Shown: positions 34,575-43,535 of the stretch, in pieces
Layout of the letters: every line of letters begins with the position of its first letter
How positions within the stretch are numbered: position 1 is the stretch's first letter
Virus record (IMG/VR): IMGVR_UViG_3300046804_000816
Location: 1-64,000 of that record
From: a virus
Direction: 5' to 3' (one strand)
DNA: 64,000 nt
Made by a program: the position numbers and the translations under genes
Notes under the pieces: model-generated
Database searches by the model: none
The model's input: the letters and a program-made list of their open reading frames with translations, nothing else
What the model was told of the DNA's origin: nothing

Positions 34575-35149
34575 TTATTGGCATCTGTGGATTGATCGGC
34601 TCGGGCAAAGGTACCGTAGCTGACATTCTAGAAGAGCATCATTGTTTCGATAAAGTATCGTTCGCAGATACGCTGAAGAACGCAGCCGCAACGATCTTTA
34701 GATGGGATCGTGCTATGCTCGAAGGCGATACCAAGGACTCGCGTGAGAAGCGCGAACAAGTCGACGAATGGTGGGCTGAGCGTCTTGGTATTCCCGACTT
34801 CTCGCCTCGTTATCTGCTTCAGTACATGGGCACCGAAGTGATGCGAAACAATCTCCATCCCGATATCTGGGTTCTATCGCTGGAACGTAAGATTATCGAG
34901 TGTGGTCCTGGCGACTATGTTGTGCCCGACGTTCGCTTTCCTAACGAGATCCGTATGATCAAGCGGAATGGCGGAAAGGTATGGCACGTTCAGCGTGGCG
35001 AGTTGCCTGATTGGTTTGGGCAGAATCCTTCGCACATTCACGCGAGCGAGACTTCGTGGAACAACGAGATATTCGACGCCACGATTTACAATAATGGCAC
35101 AATCGACGATCTAAAACTAACTGTTGACAACCTGCTCAAAGCGTGGTAG
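34571..35149 (+). CDS. deoxynucleoside monophosphate kinase (T4 gp1-like)
   Basis: GLIGSGKGT P-loop, SFAD.LK, LQYMGTE, DVRFPNE and HASE motifs. Confidence 0.92.
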   Translation: MIIGICGLIGSGKGTVADILEEHHCFDKVSFADTLKNAAATIFRWDRAMLEGDTKDSREKREQVDEWWAERLGIPDFSPRYLLQYMGTEVMRNNLHPDIWVLSLERKIIECGPGDYVVPDVRFPNEIRMIKRNGGKVWHVQRGELPDWFGQNPSHIHASETSWNNEIFDATIYNNGTIDDLKLTVDNLLKAW

Positions 35150-35152
35150 AAT
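35124..35152 (+). promoter_or_regulatory. sigma70-type promoter
   Basis: TTGACA-N17-TAGAAT with extended -10 TG. Confidence 0.75.
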
Positions 35153-35169
35153 ATACTATGTAATGGAGA

Positions 35170-35550
35170 ATGGTTATGAATGTTGGCGAAGAAGTCACTA
35201 TCCGCGTTCGCGATCCGCGCGATCCCGCGGTTTTTGCTGCTGGCGTAGTACATACGATCAGCGAATATACTGGCAAGATCCTGCCTAATCCCAAGTGGGT
35301 ATCGAGCGACGTTATCTGCCTATCCACCGGCGATACGCTCTTTCCGTTCCGTATCATCGATCGCGAGCGTATCATCGATCTGGGTATTCCTGCGGCTGCT
35401 TCTTCTGCGCCGCGTACAGAAACGTTCATCGTGAACGGTTCAAAGCCTGGAACGACTTATACTGTAACACGCGATGGCTCTCACTGGAGCTGTACTTGTG
35501 TTGGCTTTGGTTTCCGCAAAGATTGCAAGCACGTCAGGGAGTGTAAGTGA
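35170..35550 (+). CDS. SWIM zinc-finger protein
   Basis: YTVT...WSCTCVGFGFRKDCKHV. Confidence 0.8.
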   Translation: MVMNVGEEVTIRVRDPRDPAVFAAGVVHTISEYTGKILPNPKWVSSDVICLSTGDTLFPFRIIDRERIIDLGIPAAASSAPRTETFIVNGSKPGTTYTVTRDGSHWSCTCVGFGFRKDCKHVRECK

Positions 35551-35768
35551 TGACTGACATTGTTCAATGGCTACGCAACAAATCTAGCGAACATAACATG
35601 TATCGCTGCGATGAAGCCGCCGACCGCATTGAGCAACTGGAGGCGGCTTTGCGGGCGGTCGTAACAAACTGGGAAGTCCCAACATACGGGCATGATGCGG
35701 ACAAATTAGACAATGTTTTTGACGCAATAGAGTTAGCCCGCGCTGCGCTGGAGAATAAAAATGACTGA
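35547..35768 (+). CDS. hypothetical protein (RIEQLEAALR module)
   Basis: MTDIV..LR...EAADRIEQLEAALR...ARAALE. Confidence 0.6.
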   Translation: MMTDIVQWLRNKSSEHNMYRCDEAADRIEQLEAALRAVVTNWEVPTYGHDADKLDNVFDAIELARAALENKND

Positions 35769-35955
35769 GCGTTTACCACCAGATGTGTTCTATGAATACG
35801 ACGAAAAGAAAAGCGCATTTCTTCGTGATCGCATCGAGCAACTGGAAGCGGCGCTGCGGGTCATATGCGATGGCCCGCGTGATGCTGACAAATCTTACCC
35901 TGAATTGCTTGCGGAAGTACGTTGTGAAGCCCGTGCTGCGTTGGAGAAGAAGTGA
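35761..35955 (+). CDS. hypothetical protein (RIEQLEAALR module)
   Basis: Shares both modules with the upstream ORF. Confidence 0.6.
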   Translation: MTERLPPDVFYEYDEKKSAFLRDRIEQLEAALRVICDGPRDADKSYPELLAEVRCEARAALEKK

Positions 35956-36167
35956 TGGACACGGTTCGCATTGAATATATGATGGTGAACGGAGACGGCG
36001 CAGTCGTCATGAACTGGACTACCCATGCAGGATCTGTTCAGAACGATCCTCAGGTTTATGTTTCTCGCGCATACAGTATGCTAAACGCATTCAGCAACAA
36101 TCGCGATAGAGTTCGTGTTCGTGTTGTGAGCGAACAGACCAATCGAATAGTGGATATCATTCAATGA
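35952..36167 (+). CDS. hypothetical protein
   Basis: Coupled ORF. Confidence 0.55.
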   Translation: MMDTVRIEYMMVNGDGAVVMNWTTHAGSVQNDPQVYVSRAYSMLNAFSNNRDRVRVRVVSEQTNRIVDIIQ

Positions 36168-36598
36168 GTGATAAAGATCTTATAGAAGGAATCCATAAAG
36201 CATTCGAAGATATCGACGCAGAATATGCGAAGATGGCAGACGAGTGCGATCCCGATCTCAAACTGGCTGTGACTAAATGGGTTATGAAGCACATCGTCGA
36301 GCATGCGCGCGATGGAGGCACCTATCGCTATCTTATCTACGATCGTTTAGGTTTCGATGAATCTGCGTATGTTCCGCTCTGCTCTGATGGAATGACTATC
36401 AGCAACGAATTTGATTTATCGTTGAAGAAAACTGTTGCCGATTGTTTAGAAAGAAACGACGTCGAAGCAGCAAAGCGAGCATTAGGTTTCTGTGATGAGC
36501 CAGGATGCTATAACAAAGCCAGTTGCGGATATCCTGTTGGCGAAAAGCAATATCGATATTCCTGCGGTGATCACTACAGAATGTATGATAAAAAGTGA
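36164..36598 (+). CDS. hypothetical protein with C-terminal Cys cluster
   Basis: GGTYRYLIYDRLGF; CDEPGC...C...C..H. Confidence 0.65.
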   Translation: MSDKDLIEGIHKAFEDIDAEYAKMADECDPDLKLAVTKWVMKHIVEHARDGGTYRYLIYDRLGFDESAYVPLCSDGMTISNEFDLSLKKTVADCLERNDVEAAKRALGFCDEPGCYNKASCGYPVGEKQYRYSCGDHYRMYDKK

Positions 36599-36813
36599 TG
36601 CGATACTACTCTTACAACGAATACGTTGAAGATCCTGATATCAACTCTGTGGTTACGGTATCAGAAGAAGACATTCGCAGGGACTATTGGCCATTCTGGT
36701 ATGGTAAGATGTGTGAGAAGTATGGAAAAGAGCATGTCGATGCAAATTACTCTTTTGAAGAATGTCTAGAAGATTGGATTGTTGTAAATTGGGCGTGGGA
36801 GGTGAATGAATGA
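36595..36813 (+). CDS. conserved phage hypothetical protein
   Basis: YWPFWYGKM...ECLEDWIVVNWAW motif. Confidence 0.65.
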   Translation: MMRYYSYNEYVEDPDINSVVTVSEEDIRRDYWPFWYGKMCEKYGKEHVDANYSFEECLEDWIVVNWAWEVNE

Positions 36814-36962
36814 GACTGAAAGACTCGTACAATCAAATGCTCGATCATCTAGAAAAGGAAGTTGAGAAATTCATCCAGGATATTATTAGACTCGAGAAAG
36901 AAAATCTCGAACTGAAAGCGCGTGTGAAACAATTAGAAGAGGAACTGTCTAATGCTAAGTGA
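36810..36962 (+). CDS. 50-aa coiled-coil protein (not in ORF track)
   Basis: ATGA-coupled; GGAGG SD; LEKENLELKARVKQLEEEL heptads. Confidence 0.55.
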   Translation: MRLKDSYNQMLDHLEKEVEKFIQDIIRLEKENLELKARVKQLEEELSNAK

Positions 36963-37074
36963 TCTCGAACTTCTGGTCTGTCAGGATATGTTGGCTGCAG
37001 GCTATGATCCCACGTTGTGGGCTGATGTCGTGGAGTATTGGAATGAGTATCTGAATGTGGTGTATCTGGGCTAA
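36952..37074 (+). CDS. 40-aa hypothetical protein (not in ORF track)
   Basis: MLSDLELLVCQDMLAAGYDP...EYWNEYL; GAGG SD. Confidence 0.45.
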   Translation: MLSDLELLVCQDMLAAGYDPTLWADVVEYWNEYLNVVYLG

Positions 37075-37204
37075 AGCTCTCGGCGAAAAGGCTGGAAACG
37101 ATGATAGAGAAGCAGACAGAATTGCACTCATTCGCACAGTCATCGTCTTGTGCTACATTATCACAAACATATTCATCGTCGCAGGAGTTATTAGACATTG
37201 GTGA
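37055..37204 (+). CDS. 49-aa conserved membrane protein of T4-like phages (not in ORF track)
   Basis: MWCIWAKALGEKA...EADRIALIRT...TNIFIVAGVIRHW. Confidence 0.65.
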   Translation: MWCIWAKALGEKAGNDDREADRIALIRTVIVLCYIITNIFIVAGVIRHW

Positions 37205-37437
37205 ACAAGCCACTAGAATGGTGGGTCGAATGGGTTTCGACAGCCATATTGATTATTGGGGTAGGCCTAACAGCATGGAACATATATCCGCTGAACATAT
37301 ATCTTTCGCTCGCTGGAAACGTGGGCTGGTTTGTTGTTGGCTGGATGTGGCGTAAATATTCACTCTTGACAATTCAGCTAATTGTTAGTATCATATATGT
37401 TGCTGGTCTGTTACAGCACTATGGAGTATGGTTATGA
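37198..37437 (+). CDS. small 3-TM membrane protein
   Basis: EWVSTAILIIG.GLTAWNIYPLNI hydrophobic pattern. Confidence 0.65.
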   Translation: MVNKPLEWWVEWVSTAILIIGVGLTAWNIYPLNIYLSLAGNVGWFVVGWMWRKYSLLTIQLIVSIIYVAGLLQHYGVWL

Positions 37438-38099
37438 AGATTGGCATATTGTCCGATTTGCACATGTCGAGCGTTCGCCCTTGGGACTTTGAGCCTGAGG
37501 ACGATGTGTTTTATATTTGTGCTGGTGATATCAGCGAGCAACACTTTTTTCGTGAAGAGTTCATTCGTAAACACGCAGATCATATGTTCGCTATCCTCGG
37601 TAACCATGATTACTACGGCTCGACGTTCAGCGACGCATATATGCACTTGCTGACGCGGAATGTTGGTGATATCAAGATTGCTGGCGCTACGTTGTGGACC
37701 GATCTCTCGAAGCAACTCGACTGGGTTTATTATGTGAACGGGCTTATTGACTTCCGTTACATCAATGATCTCAATCAGGAAGACATGATCGAGACTCACG
37801 CCTATCACAAGAAGTTTCTGCTGACAAGCGAAGCTGATATCATTGTGTCTCATCATACGCCTTCGCGCCGATCTGTTCACGAACGCTATCAGGGCGATCC
37901 CGTCAACGTATGCTTTGCGAATGATCTAGACAAAGACATCTTTACAATGCGCAAGCCACCGAAGCTGTGGATCCACGGACACACGCACGATCGTTTCGAC
38001 TACATGATTGGCGATACGCGAGTGATCTGTCATCCGCGTGGTTATAAAGGTGAACACAGTGATCATGGTAGCTACAAGCCATTGATCGTGGAGATTTGA
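37434..38099 (+). CDS. calcineurin-like metallophosphoesterase
   Basis: SDLH, AGD, GNHD, SHH.P and HGHTH motifs. Confidence 0.9.
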   Translation: MKIGILSDLHMSSVRPWDFEPEDDVFYICAGDISEQHFFREEFIRKHADHMFAILGNHDYYGSTFSDAYMHLLTRNVGDIKIAGATLWTDLSKQLDWVYYVNGLIDFRYINDLNQEDMIETHAYHKKFLLTSEADIIVSHHTPSRRSVHERYQGDPVNVCFANDLDKDIFTMRKPPKLWIHGHTHDRFDYMIGDTRVICHPRGYKGEHSDHGSYKPLIVEI

Positions 38100-38100
38100 C

Positions 38101-38631
38101 ATGAACAGATTTATTCTCGATAAAGATCCGCGCACTGCGGCTGAGTATCACTGCGACAAACACGTCGTCAAGATGATTCTCGAAGAGTCACAGATGCTAT
38201 CGACGGCGCATCGTATCATTGACGGCGTAGAAATTGTTGGCAAGTCTAAGACTGGTCGCAACGTGAAACGCTGGGTTCTGAACGATACTCGCAACGATAA
38301 GATCTATCAGGCTACACACGTCAACCACCCTTGCACCCAATGGTCGATGCAGACGAACAACAACTACACGTGGTCTGTGTTGTTATTGCGTTACTTGCTC
38401 GATGAGTATAAGTATCGCTACAACAAAGAACATAAATGCGAAGAGTTGTATCCTGTTCTAAGTCTGCTTCCCAGGAATATTAATATCGGACCGCTGACGC
38501 TGTTTCCGCAGGCTATGCCTGACGATTGTAAGCGCGATAATCCTGTAGACGGCTATCGCACATACTACATAGAACATAAGAAGCGATTCGCAAAGTGGAC
38601 AGGTCGTGAAATTCCAGATTGGTTTGTATGA
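38101..38631 (+). CDS. pyrimidine-dimer DNA glycosylase (DenV-like family)
   Basis: HCDKHVVKMILE..QMLSTAH, THVNHPC and PQAMPD motifs. Confidence 0.8.
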   Translation: MNRFILDKDPRTAAEYHCDKHVVKMILEESQMLSTAHRIIDGVEIVGKSKTGRNVKRWVLNDTRNDKIYQATHVNHPCTQWSMQTNNNYTWSVLLLRYLLDEYKYRYNKEHKCEELYPVLSLLPRNINIGPLTLFPQAMPDDCKRDNPVDGYRTYYIEHKKRFAKWTGREIPDWFV

Positions 38632-39236
38632 AAAAGAATGATCATGTACTACATCCCCACATTCTAGTGGGTTCTGTATTCTCACCAGAAGAAATAGAAA
38701 AGATCCACGGATTGGTGGAGCAGTACGATCTGTATCATGGAAGGATCGGTGGGAAAGACACGCCGATTGAAGAAATCGAAAAGGTAAGAATATCAAACAT
38801 TCGATTCTTCGAAAGAAATGGCAAAGCCGTATTTGATACGGAGTGGATCTTTGATCGCGTTGATGATGTTATCAAGCAAGTCAACGAAATGTATTTCGAC
38901 TTCGAACTATACTCGTATCAGTCGTTTCAATATACGACGTATGAAGGAGAACGTAAGGGAACGTACAACTGGCACATGGATAGTTTCACTGGAAGAACGA
39001 AAGAAGAAGATGAACGATATCCAAGAAAACTATCAATGTCGGTTTTTCTAAACGAAGATTATGAAGGCGGAGAATTTGAAGTCTGCACGGGTAGTCAAGA
39101 AAGAGCTAAGAAGTTCAAAGGAAAACCCGGAGACGCAATTGTGTTCCCTTCCTTTATGATTCATCGAGTAGCCCCCGTGACCAAAGGAACTAGAAAGTCA
39201 TTGGTTGTTTGGGTTGAAGGGCCTAGATGGAAATAA
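38628..39236 (+). CDS. 2OG-Fe(II) oxygenase
   Basis: YNWHMD, RKLS, YEGGEF and HRVAPVTKGTRKSLV motifs. Confidence 0.9.
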   Translation: MKKNDHVLHPHILVGSVFSPEEIEKIHGLVEQYDLYHGRIGGKDTPIEEIEKVRISNIRFFERNGKAVFDTEWIFDRVDDVIKQVNEMYFDFELYSYQSFQYTTYEGERKGTYNWHMDSFTGRTKEEDERYPRKLSMSVFLNEDYEGGEFEVCTGSQERAKKFKGKPGDAIVFPSFMIHRVAPVTKGTRKSLVVWVEGPRWK

Positions 39237-39251
39237 TAGTGGAGGACGAAC

Positions 39252-39470
39252 GTGTTTATCAAGCTAACAAATACAGTCGAGCAATACAAAGGTGATCCTA
39301 TCTGGATCAATGCAGACAACATAGTTGCTGTGTATGAATGGTCTAAGATTCCTGGTGGAAGCCTTGTCACGTTCATCTACGGTTCTACAGGCGTAACGTG
39401 GGAAGTCGAAGAAACTGCTGGACAAGTTCTAAAACTGATCGAGTTACATAATCAAATCAAAACGCGATAA
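39252..39470 (+). CDS. FlbD/SwrD-like small protein
   Basis: MFIKLT...PIWINADNI...T.I...VEET..QV pattern. Confidence 0.5.
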   Translation: MFIKLTNTVEQYKGDPIWINADNIVAVYEWSKIPGGSLVTFIYGSTGVTWEVEETAGQVLKLIELHNQIKTR

Positions 39471-39482
39471 GGTACATACATC

Positions 39483-40169
39483 ATGAACACCGCGAAGATT
39501 ATTGGAATTACCAAGCCTACTGGTATTTGGATAGATCATCTGAAGCCAGATGAACTTATCGCTTATGTTGCGCGAGTGAGTAATCCAGGCAATCAAATGA
39601 ACACTGAGACTGCGCCGAAGCTGCTACGCTATCTTGCGAAGCATAAGCATTGGTCGCCGTTTGAGATGGTCAACATTGTGATGGAAATCGAAACGACACG
39701 CGACATTGCTCGTCAGATTCTTCGTCATCGTTCATTCTCATTCCAAGAGTTCTCACAGCGTTATGCTGATCCTACCAAAGATCTTGGCTTTGAACTTCGT
39801 GAAGCTCGCTTGCAAGATACGAAGAATCGTCAGAACTCGGTAGAGATTAGTCCTGCAGAAAGCGAGAGTGCAGCTAATCTCATCAGCGAATGGGAGGACT
39901 ATCAATCGACAGTCCTTGACGAAGCTAGAATTGCGTATGCTTGGGCTATTCAGAACGGTATCGCCAAGGAACAGGCTCGCGCTGTTCTACCTGAAGGCTT
40001 GACTGTTTCCCGTATGTACATGAACGGGACGCTGCGTTCCTGGATCCATTACTGTGAGCTGCGTATGGCTAATGGCACCCAGAAAGAGCATCAGCTCGTA
40101 GCTAAGTCTGCATGGGAACAAATCGTGAAAGAATTTCCTTCCCTTGAGCAAATCCTAGAAAATAACTAA
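39483..40169 (+). CDS. thyX: flavin-dependent thymidylate synthase
   Basis: HWSPFE, QILRHRSFSFQEFSQRY, KEQAR.VLP and TQKEH motifs. Confidence 0.95.
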   Translation: MNTAKIIGITKPTGIWIDHLKPDELIAYVARVSNPGNQMNTETAPKLLRYLAKHKHWSPFEMVNIVMEIETTRDIARQILRHRSFSFQEFSQRYADPTKDLGFELREARLQDTKNRQNSVEISPAESESAANLISEWEDYQSTVLDEARIAYAWAIQNGIAKEQARAVLPEGLTVSRMYMNGTLRSWIHYCELRMANGTQKEHQLVAKSAWEQIVKEFPSLEQILENN

Positions 40170-40181
40170 ATAAAGGATAAG

Positions 40182-40415
40182 ATGCCAAAGTACACATTCG
40201 AGAATACTGAAACAGGCGAAGTCTACGAAGACTTCATGAGCATCTCTGCGATGGAAACCCTTCTCGCGGAAAATCCTCACATCAAACAAATCATCGGCGC
40301 TCCCCTTATTGTTACGGGCGTAGCTTCTGGTCGTAATAAGCCAGACAGCGGATTCCGTGACATTCTGAAGACTATCAAGAAGCGTCATCCACGTTCAACT
40401 GTCAACACATTCTAG
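40182..40415 (+). CDS. FmdB-like small protein
   Basis: MPKYTF...GE...NP...KPDSGFRDIL motif. Confidence 0.65.
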   Translation: MPKYTFENTETGEVYEDFMSISAMETLLAENPHIKQIIGAPLIVTGVASGRNKPDSGFRDILKTIKKRHPRSTVNTF

Positions 40416-40484
40416 GAGGTAACACGGTCCAGAACTCGTTCTCGTTTTCGTAATGTTCCCTACAACAACAACAGCGGAGCAGAT

Positions 40485-41267
40485 ATGATACCTAAATCGG
40501 TAGCTGCAATCATAGACGAAAAATTCTTTGAAGAAGAAGCAAATAAGTATTTGACGAGAAAAGAACGAAAGCAAAAAAAGAAATCGAAAGGCACAGCGTA
40601 TCGACAACCTGTGCTTCCGACAATTGACCGTGTTACACCAAAGACAGCTGCCCAACGTAAAGTCGTAGAAGCGTTTGATTCCGACAAGAATCTGATTCTA
40701 CATGGCTGCGCAGGAACAGGCAAAACATTTCTTGCTCTGTATCTTGCTATGAATTCTATGCTCAATGGTGAGTCGCCGCGCCCTATCGTAATACTACGAA
40801 GCGTGGTGCCGACCCGTGATATCGGATTCCTGCCAGGATCAGTTAGAGATAAAGCTGCTGCGTACGAAGGACCGTATCAAGGCATTATATCTGAGATCTG
40901 CGATAAGCCCTACGAATGGCTGAAGCAGAACGGATACATTCAGTTTGATACAACGTCGTTTCTGCGTGGTATGACATTCCGCGATAATATCATTATCGTC
41001 GATGAGTGTCAAAATCTTAGCGATCATGAAATCCATACTGTCATGACTCGCGTTGGTGAAGGATGTCGCGTTATCTTCTGCGGCGACTTTACGCAAAAGG
41101 ACTATACTCGTGAAGGATCTGGTATGAACAACTTGCTCAAAATTGCAAGTCAAATGAAATCGTTTGAGATTGTGAAGTTTGATAAGCAAGATGTCGTGCG
41201 TTCGGGGTTCGTGCGGGAATATATACTAACACGCACAGAACTTGAAGAACGTGGAATGATAACTTGA
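40485..41267 (+). CDS. phoH: PhoH-like ATPase
   Basis: GCAGTGKT, IGFLPG, FLRGMTF, DECQN and GDFTQ.D motifs. Confidence 0.93.
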   Translation: MIPKSVAAIIDEKFFEEEANKYLTRKERKQKKKSKGTAYRQPVLPTIDRVTPKTAAQRKVVEAFDSDKNLILHGCAGTGKTFLALYLAMNSMLNGESPRPIVILRSVVPTRDIGFLPGSVRDKAAAYEGPYQGIISEICDKPYEWLKQNGYIQFDTTSFLRGMTFRDNIIIVDECQNLSDHEIHTVMTRVGEGCRVIFCGDFTQKDYTREGSGMNNLLKIASQMKSFEIVKFDKQDVVRSGFVREYILTRTELEERGMIT

Positions 41268-41959
41268 GATTTGATCATAGTCCTCATATAGATTTACCAA
41301 GAGCAAAGCAAATCAACACACCATCGGGGCGTCGCTATCAGACCCCCGATGGAAACGTATATCCTTCAATCACTACAGTTTTGGGCGATCAGCCTGAGAA
41401 GAAGAAAGCCATTGCCGAGTGGCGTGCTCGCGTTGGTGCAGAAGAAGCAAACAAGATCAGCTCGCAAGCTGCTAGGCGTGGCACCGATCTTCATAATCTC
41501 ATGGAAAAGTATATTCTAGGAGACGAGATTGATGCAAAGAAAATCATCCCTTCGACCCTCGCACGTTTTCGTCCTGTTCAAAAATGTTTGGACGACAATC
41601 TACAACTTGTGTATGCGTCTGAAACACCGATGTTCTCAGACATTCTCCGCATCGCGGGGACAGCAGACCTAATCTGTGAGTGGAATGGAGAAGTGACCGT
41701 TGTCGATTTCAAGACAGCCACGAAGATGAAGACAGCCAGCATGATCACCGATTACTTCTTGCAGGCTACAGCCTATTCGATTATGTTCGAAGAGCATACT
41801 GGTATCGAATGTCATCACTTCGCCATTCTTATGATTTCTGACGAAGGCGAGTTCCAAGTATTTCCAGGGCGTCGTAATGATTATGTTCGCGATCTTATTC
41901 GCGTGAGGGATCAATACGAATGGAGGAAAAGTCTTGACAACCAGAGCAAAGCCAGCTAG
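41264..41959 (+). CDS. PD-(D/E)XK exonuclease
   Basis: YPSITTVL, RGT.LH, AGTAD, VDFKT and Q.TAY motifs. Confidence 0.88.
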   Translation: MRFDHSPHIDLPRAKQINTPSGRRYQTPDGNVYPSITTVLGDQPEKKKAIAEWRARVGAEEANKISSQAARRGTDLHNLMEKYILGDEIDAKKIIPSTLARFRPVQKCLDDNLQLVYASETPMFSDILRIAGTADLICEWNGEVTVVDFKTATKMKTASMITDYFLQATAYSIMFEEHTGIECHHFAILMISDEGEFQVFPGRRNDYVRDLIRVRDQYEWRKSLDNQSKAS

Positions 41960-41967
41960 AATAAATA
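41934..41967 (+). promoter_or_regulatory. tmRNA promoter (sigma70-type with overlapping late-type AATAAATA)
   Basis: TTGACA-N17-TAGAAT overlapping AATAAATA. Confidence 0.7.
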
Positions 41968-41969
41968 AT

Positions 41970-42245
41970 ATGCTGAGGTCGTTGAGGCGTAAGAAATAAG
42001 CGGATCGGACGCGAGGGCAGTACTCGCCGCCTCCACCATGGATACATCGAGAACCCAATATCGGTTCGCAAGATAAGATGATGGCTATTGTCGGTGTATC
42101 TTTGATGGGGGCGAAATAGGATCGACGGACGTAATAAAGTTGCGAAGAGACCAAAAGCAACGTTTAGATGCAAACGATAATGCACCATCTTACGCCCTAG
42201 CTGCGTAAACGAGCACGGGAGGCGCTTAGGAACAGAAGCCTCCCA
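41970..42245 (+). ncRNA. ssrA: permuted two-piece tmRNA; tag peptide (A)ANDNAPSYALAA
   Basis: Acceptor piece ends GGCAGTA T-loop...CGCCTCCACCA at 42038. Intervening hairpin 42039-42106. Coding piece starts GGGGGCGAAATAGGATCGAC at 42107 (G3:U70). Tag frame 42170-42208. Confidence 0.92.
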
Positions 42246-42266
42246 CTCCCACAATCGAGGTGATTT

Positions 42267-42491
42267 ATGACTGATGACAAGATGATTCGCTTTTCCGTTC
42301 TTCAAATGGCTCAAGCTATGTGCGATCAGGAATTCCTTTTCGCAGCTGAACGCGGCGGCGAACAGAAACCATTTCCAACAACACAGGACGTTATTCGTAA
42401 GGCTAGCGAGCTTATGACTTTCGTTGACGACATTCCCGATCCGATGGTGAAGAATGTTACTCAGCTCTTGACGGAACACAGCGGCAAGTGA
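42267..42491 (+). CDS. conserved phage hypothetical protein
   Basis: IRFSVLQMA...FPT..DVI.KA..L..FV motif. Confidence 0.65.
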   Translation: MTDDKMIRFSVLQMAQAMCDQEFLFAAERGGEQKPFPTTQDVIRKASELMTFVDDIPDPMVKNVTQLLTEHSGK

Positions 42492-42494
42492 GCT

Positions 42495-42833
42495 ATGAAT
42501 ATCTCTACCAAATATGACATCGGTCATACGTTCTGGGTTCCTCGCGTCTATAAGCAGACAGAGAAGCAAGAACTTGTGTGGGAAGGCGAAACGTGGTACA
42601 AAGATGTGGAAGTCTATGTGCCATTCGCCCGTCTTAAAAAGATTGTGTGTATTGAGATTCGTGTTGGTCGCAAGACCGTTATCATGTATGGCGTGAAGAA
42701 CATCGGTGATGATATGGAGAACGAACTTACTCAGTATCATCAGGAAGAAAACATCAACAATTATACCGAAGAACAAGCCCTCGCGATCGCGCGTGAGTAT
42801 GCAGACGTTGGTAAAACATACTACGGAAATTGA
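42495..42833 (+). CDS. hypothetical protein
   Basis: MNISTKYDIG start; abuts tRNA-Gln. Confidence 0.6.
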   Translation: MNISTKYDIGHTFWVPRVYKQTEKQELVWEGETWYKDVEVYVPFARLKKIVCIEIRVGRKTVIMYGVKNIGDDMENELTQYHQEENINNYTEEQALAIAREYADVGKTYYGN

Positions 42834-42909
42834 TCGGGGTTAGTTCAATTGGTAGAACAGCGGACTTTGAATCCGTAGGTTGGTGGTTCGATCCCATCAC
42901 CCCGAACCA
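42834..42909 (+). tRNA. tRNA-Gln(TTG)
   Basis: GCGGA-CTTTGAA-TCCGT; CCA. Confidence 0.92.
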
Positions 42910-42924
42910 CTCTTGGAGTTTGTT

Positions 42925-43533
42925 ATGAAAGTCTATATCGGTCCGTATCGTCTCGATCACATTCGAATGTATTCTTTCTTCGACGATTATATGTCGTGGA
43001 AGCATAAGAAACCATACTGGTCTATTGACGACGAAGAATACACCAAAATCGATAAGCTCCTAGAAAAGTTCTTCGATATTCTGCAGGAAATTGCAGACGC
43101 AACTATCAACAAGATTCTTGCAAAACTGGAGCGCAAGATCAAAGTTCGCATAGATCCTTACGATGTGTGGAGTATGGATAATACTCTGGCATATATTATT
43201 CATCCTATGCTCGTTCAGCTCAAAGAGCAAAAGCACGGCGGACCGTTTGTAGCTGATGAGGATGTTCCTGAGCATCTTCGTAGCGTTTCCGCTCCTCCCA
43301 AGGAAAATGAATGGGATATTGACGCATTTCACTTTGATCGTTGGGATTGGGTTCTTGACGAAATGATCTGGACGTTCAAGACTCTGAATGAAGACTGGAG
43401 TAGTCAGTTCTACACTCCTTCAGGTAAATTCATGGAAGGTGAATTCGACGCTGAAGGTCGTCAGAAAATGCAAGATCGTATCGACAACGGACTTCGTCTC
43501 TTTGGCAAATATTATCAATCACTGTGGGACTAA
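42925..43533 (+). CDS. conserved phage hypothetical protein
   Basis: MKVYIGPY, IDPYDVWSMD.TLA and GLRLFGKYYQSLWD motifs. Confidence 0.75.
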   Translation: MKVYIGPYRLDHIRMYSFFDDYMSWKHKKPYWSIDDEEYTKIDKLLEKFFDILQEIADATINKILAKLERKIKVRIDPYDVWSMDNTLAYIIHPMLVQLKEQKHGGPFVADEDVPEHLRSVSAPPKENEWDIDAFHFDRWDWVLDEMIWTFKTLNEDWSSQFYTPSGKFMEGEFDAEGRQKMQDRIDNGLRLFGKYYQSLWD

Positions 43534-43535
43534 AC

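Noticed and set aside
41264-41959. Cas4/CRISPR system
   Set aside because: No repeat-spacer array or other cas genes seen; this is the usual T4-like exonuclease next to phoH.
41895-42776. 293-aa minus-strand ORF
   Set aside because: Antisense to the tmRNA and two plus-strand genes, with no recognisable motifs.
42495-42909. tRNA-Gln as a fourth non-stop-generating overlap
   Set aside because: The TGA ends at 42833 and the tRNA starts at 42834, so the stop survives processing.
42880-42924. Extended N-terminus of the 43533-ending ORF
   Set aside because: Lies within tRNA-Gln; the ATG at 42925 has a GGAG SD.
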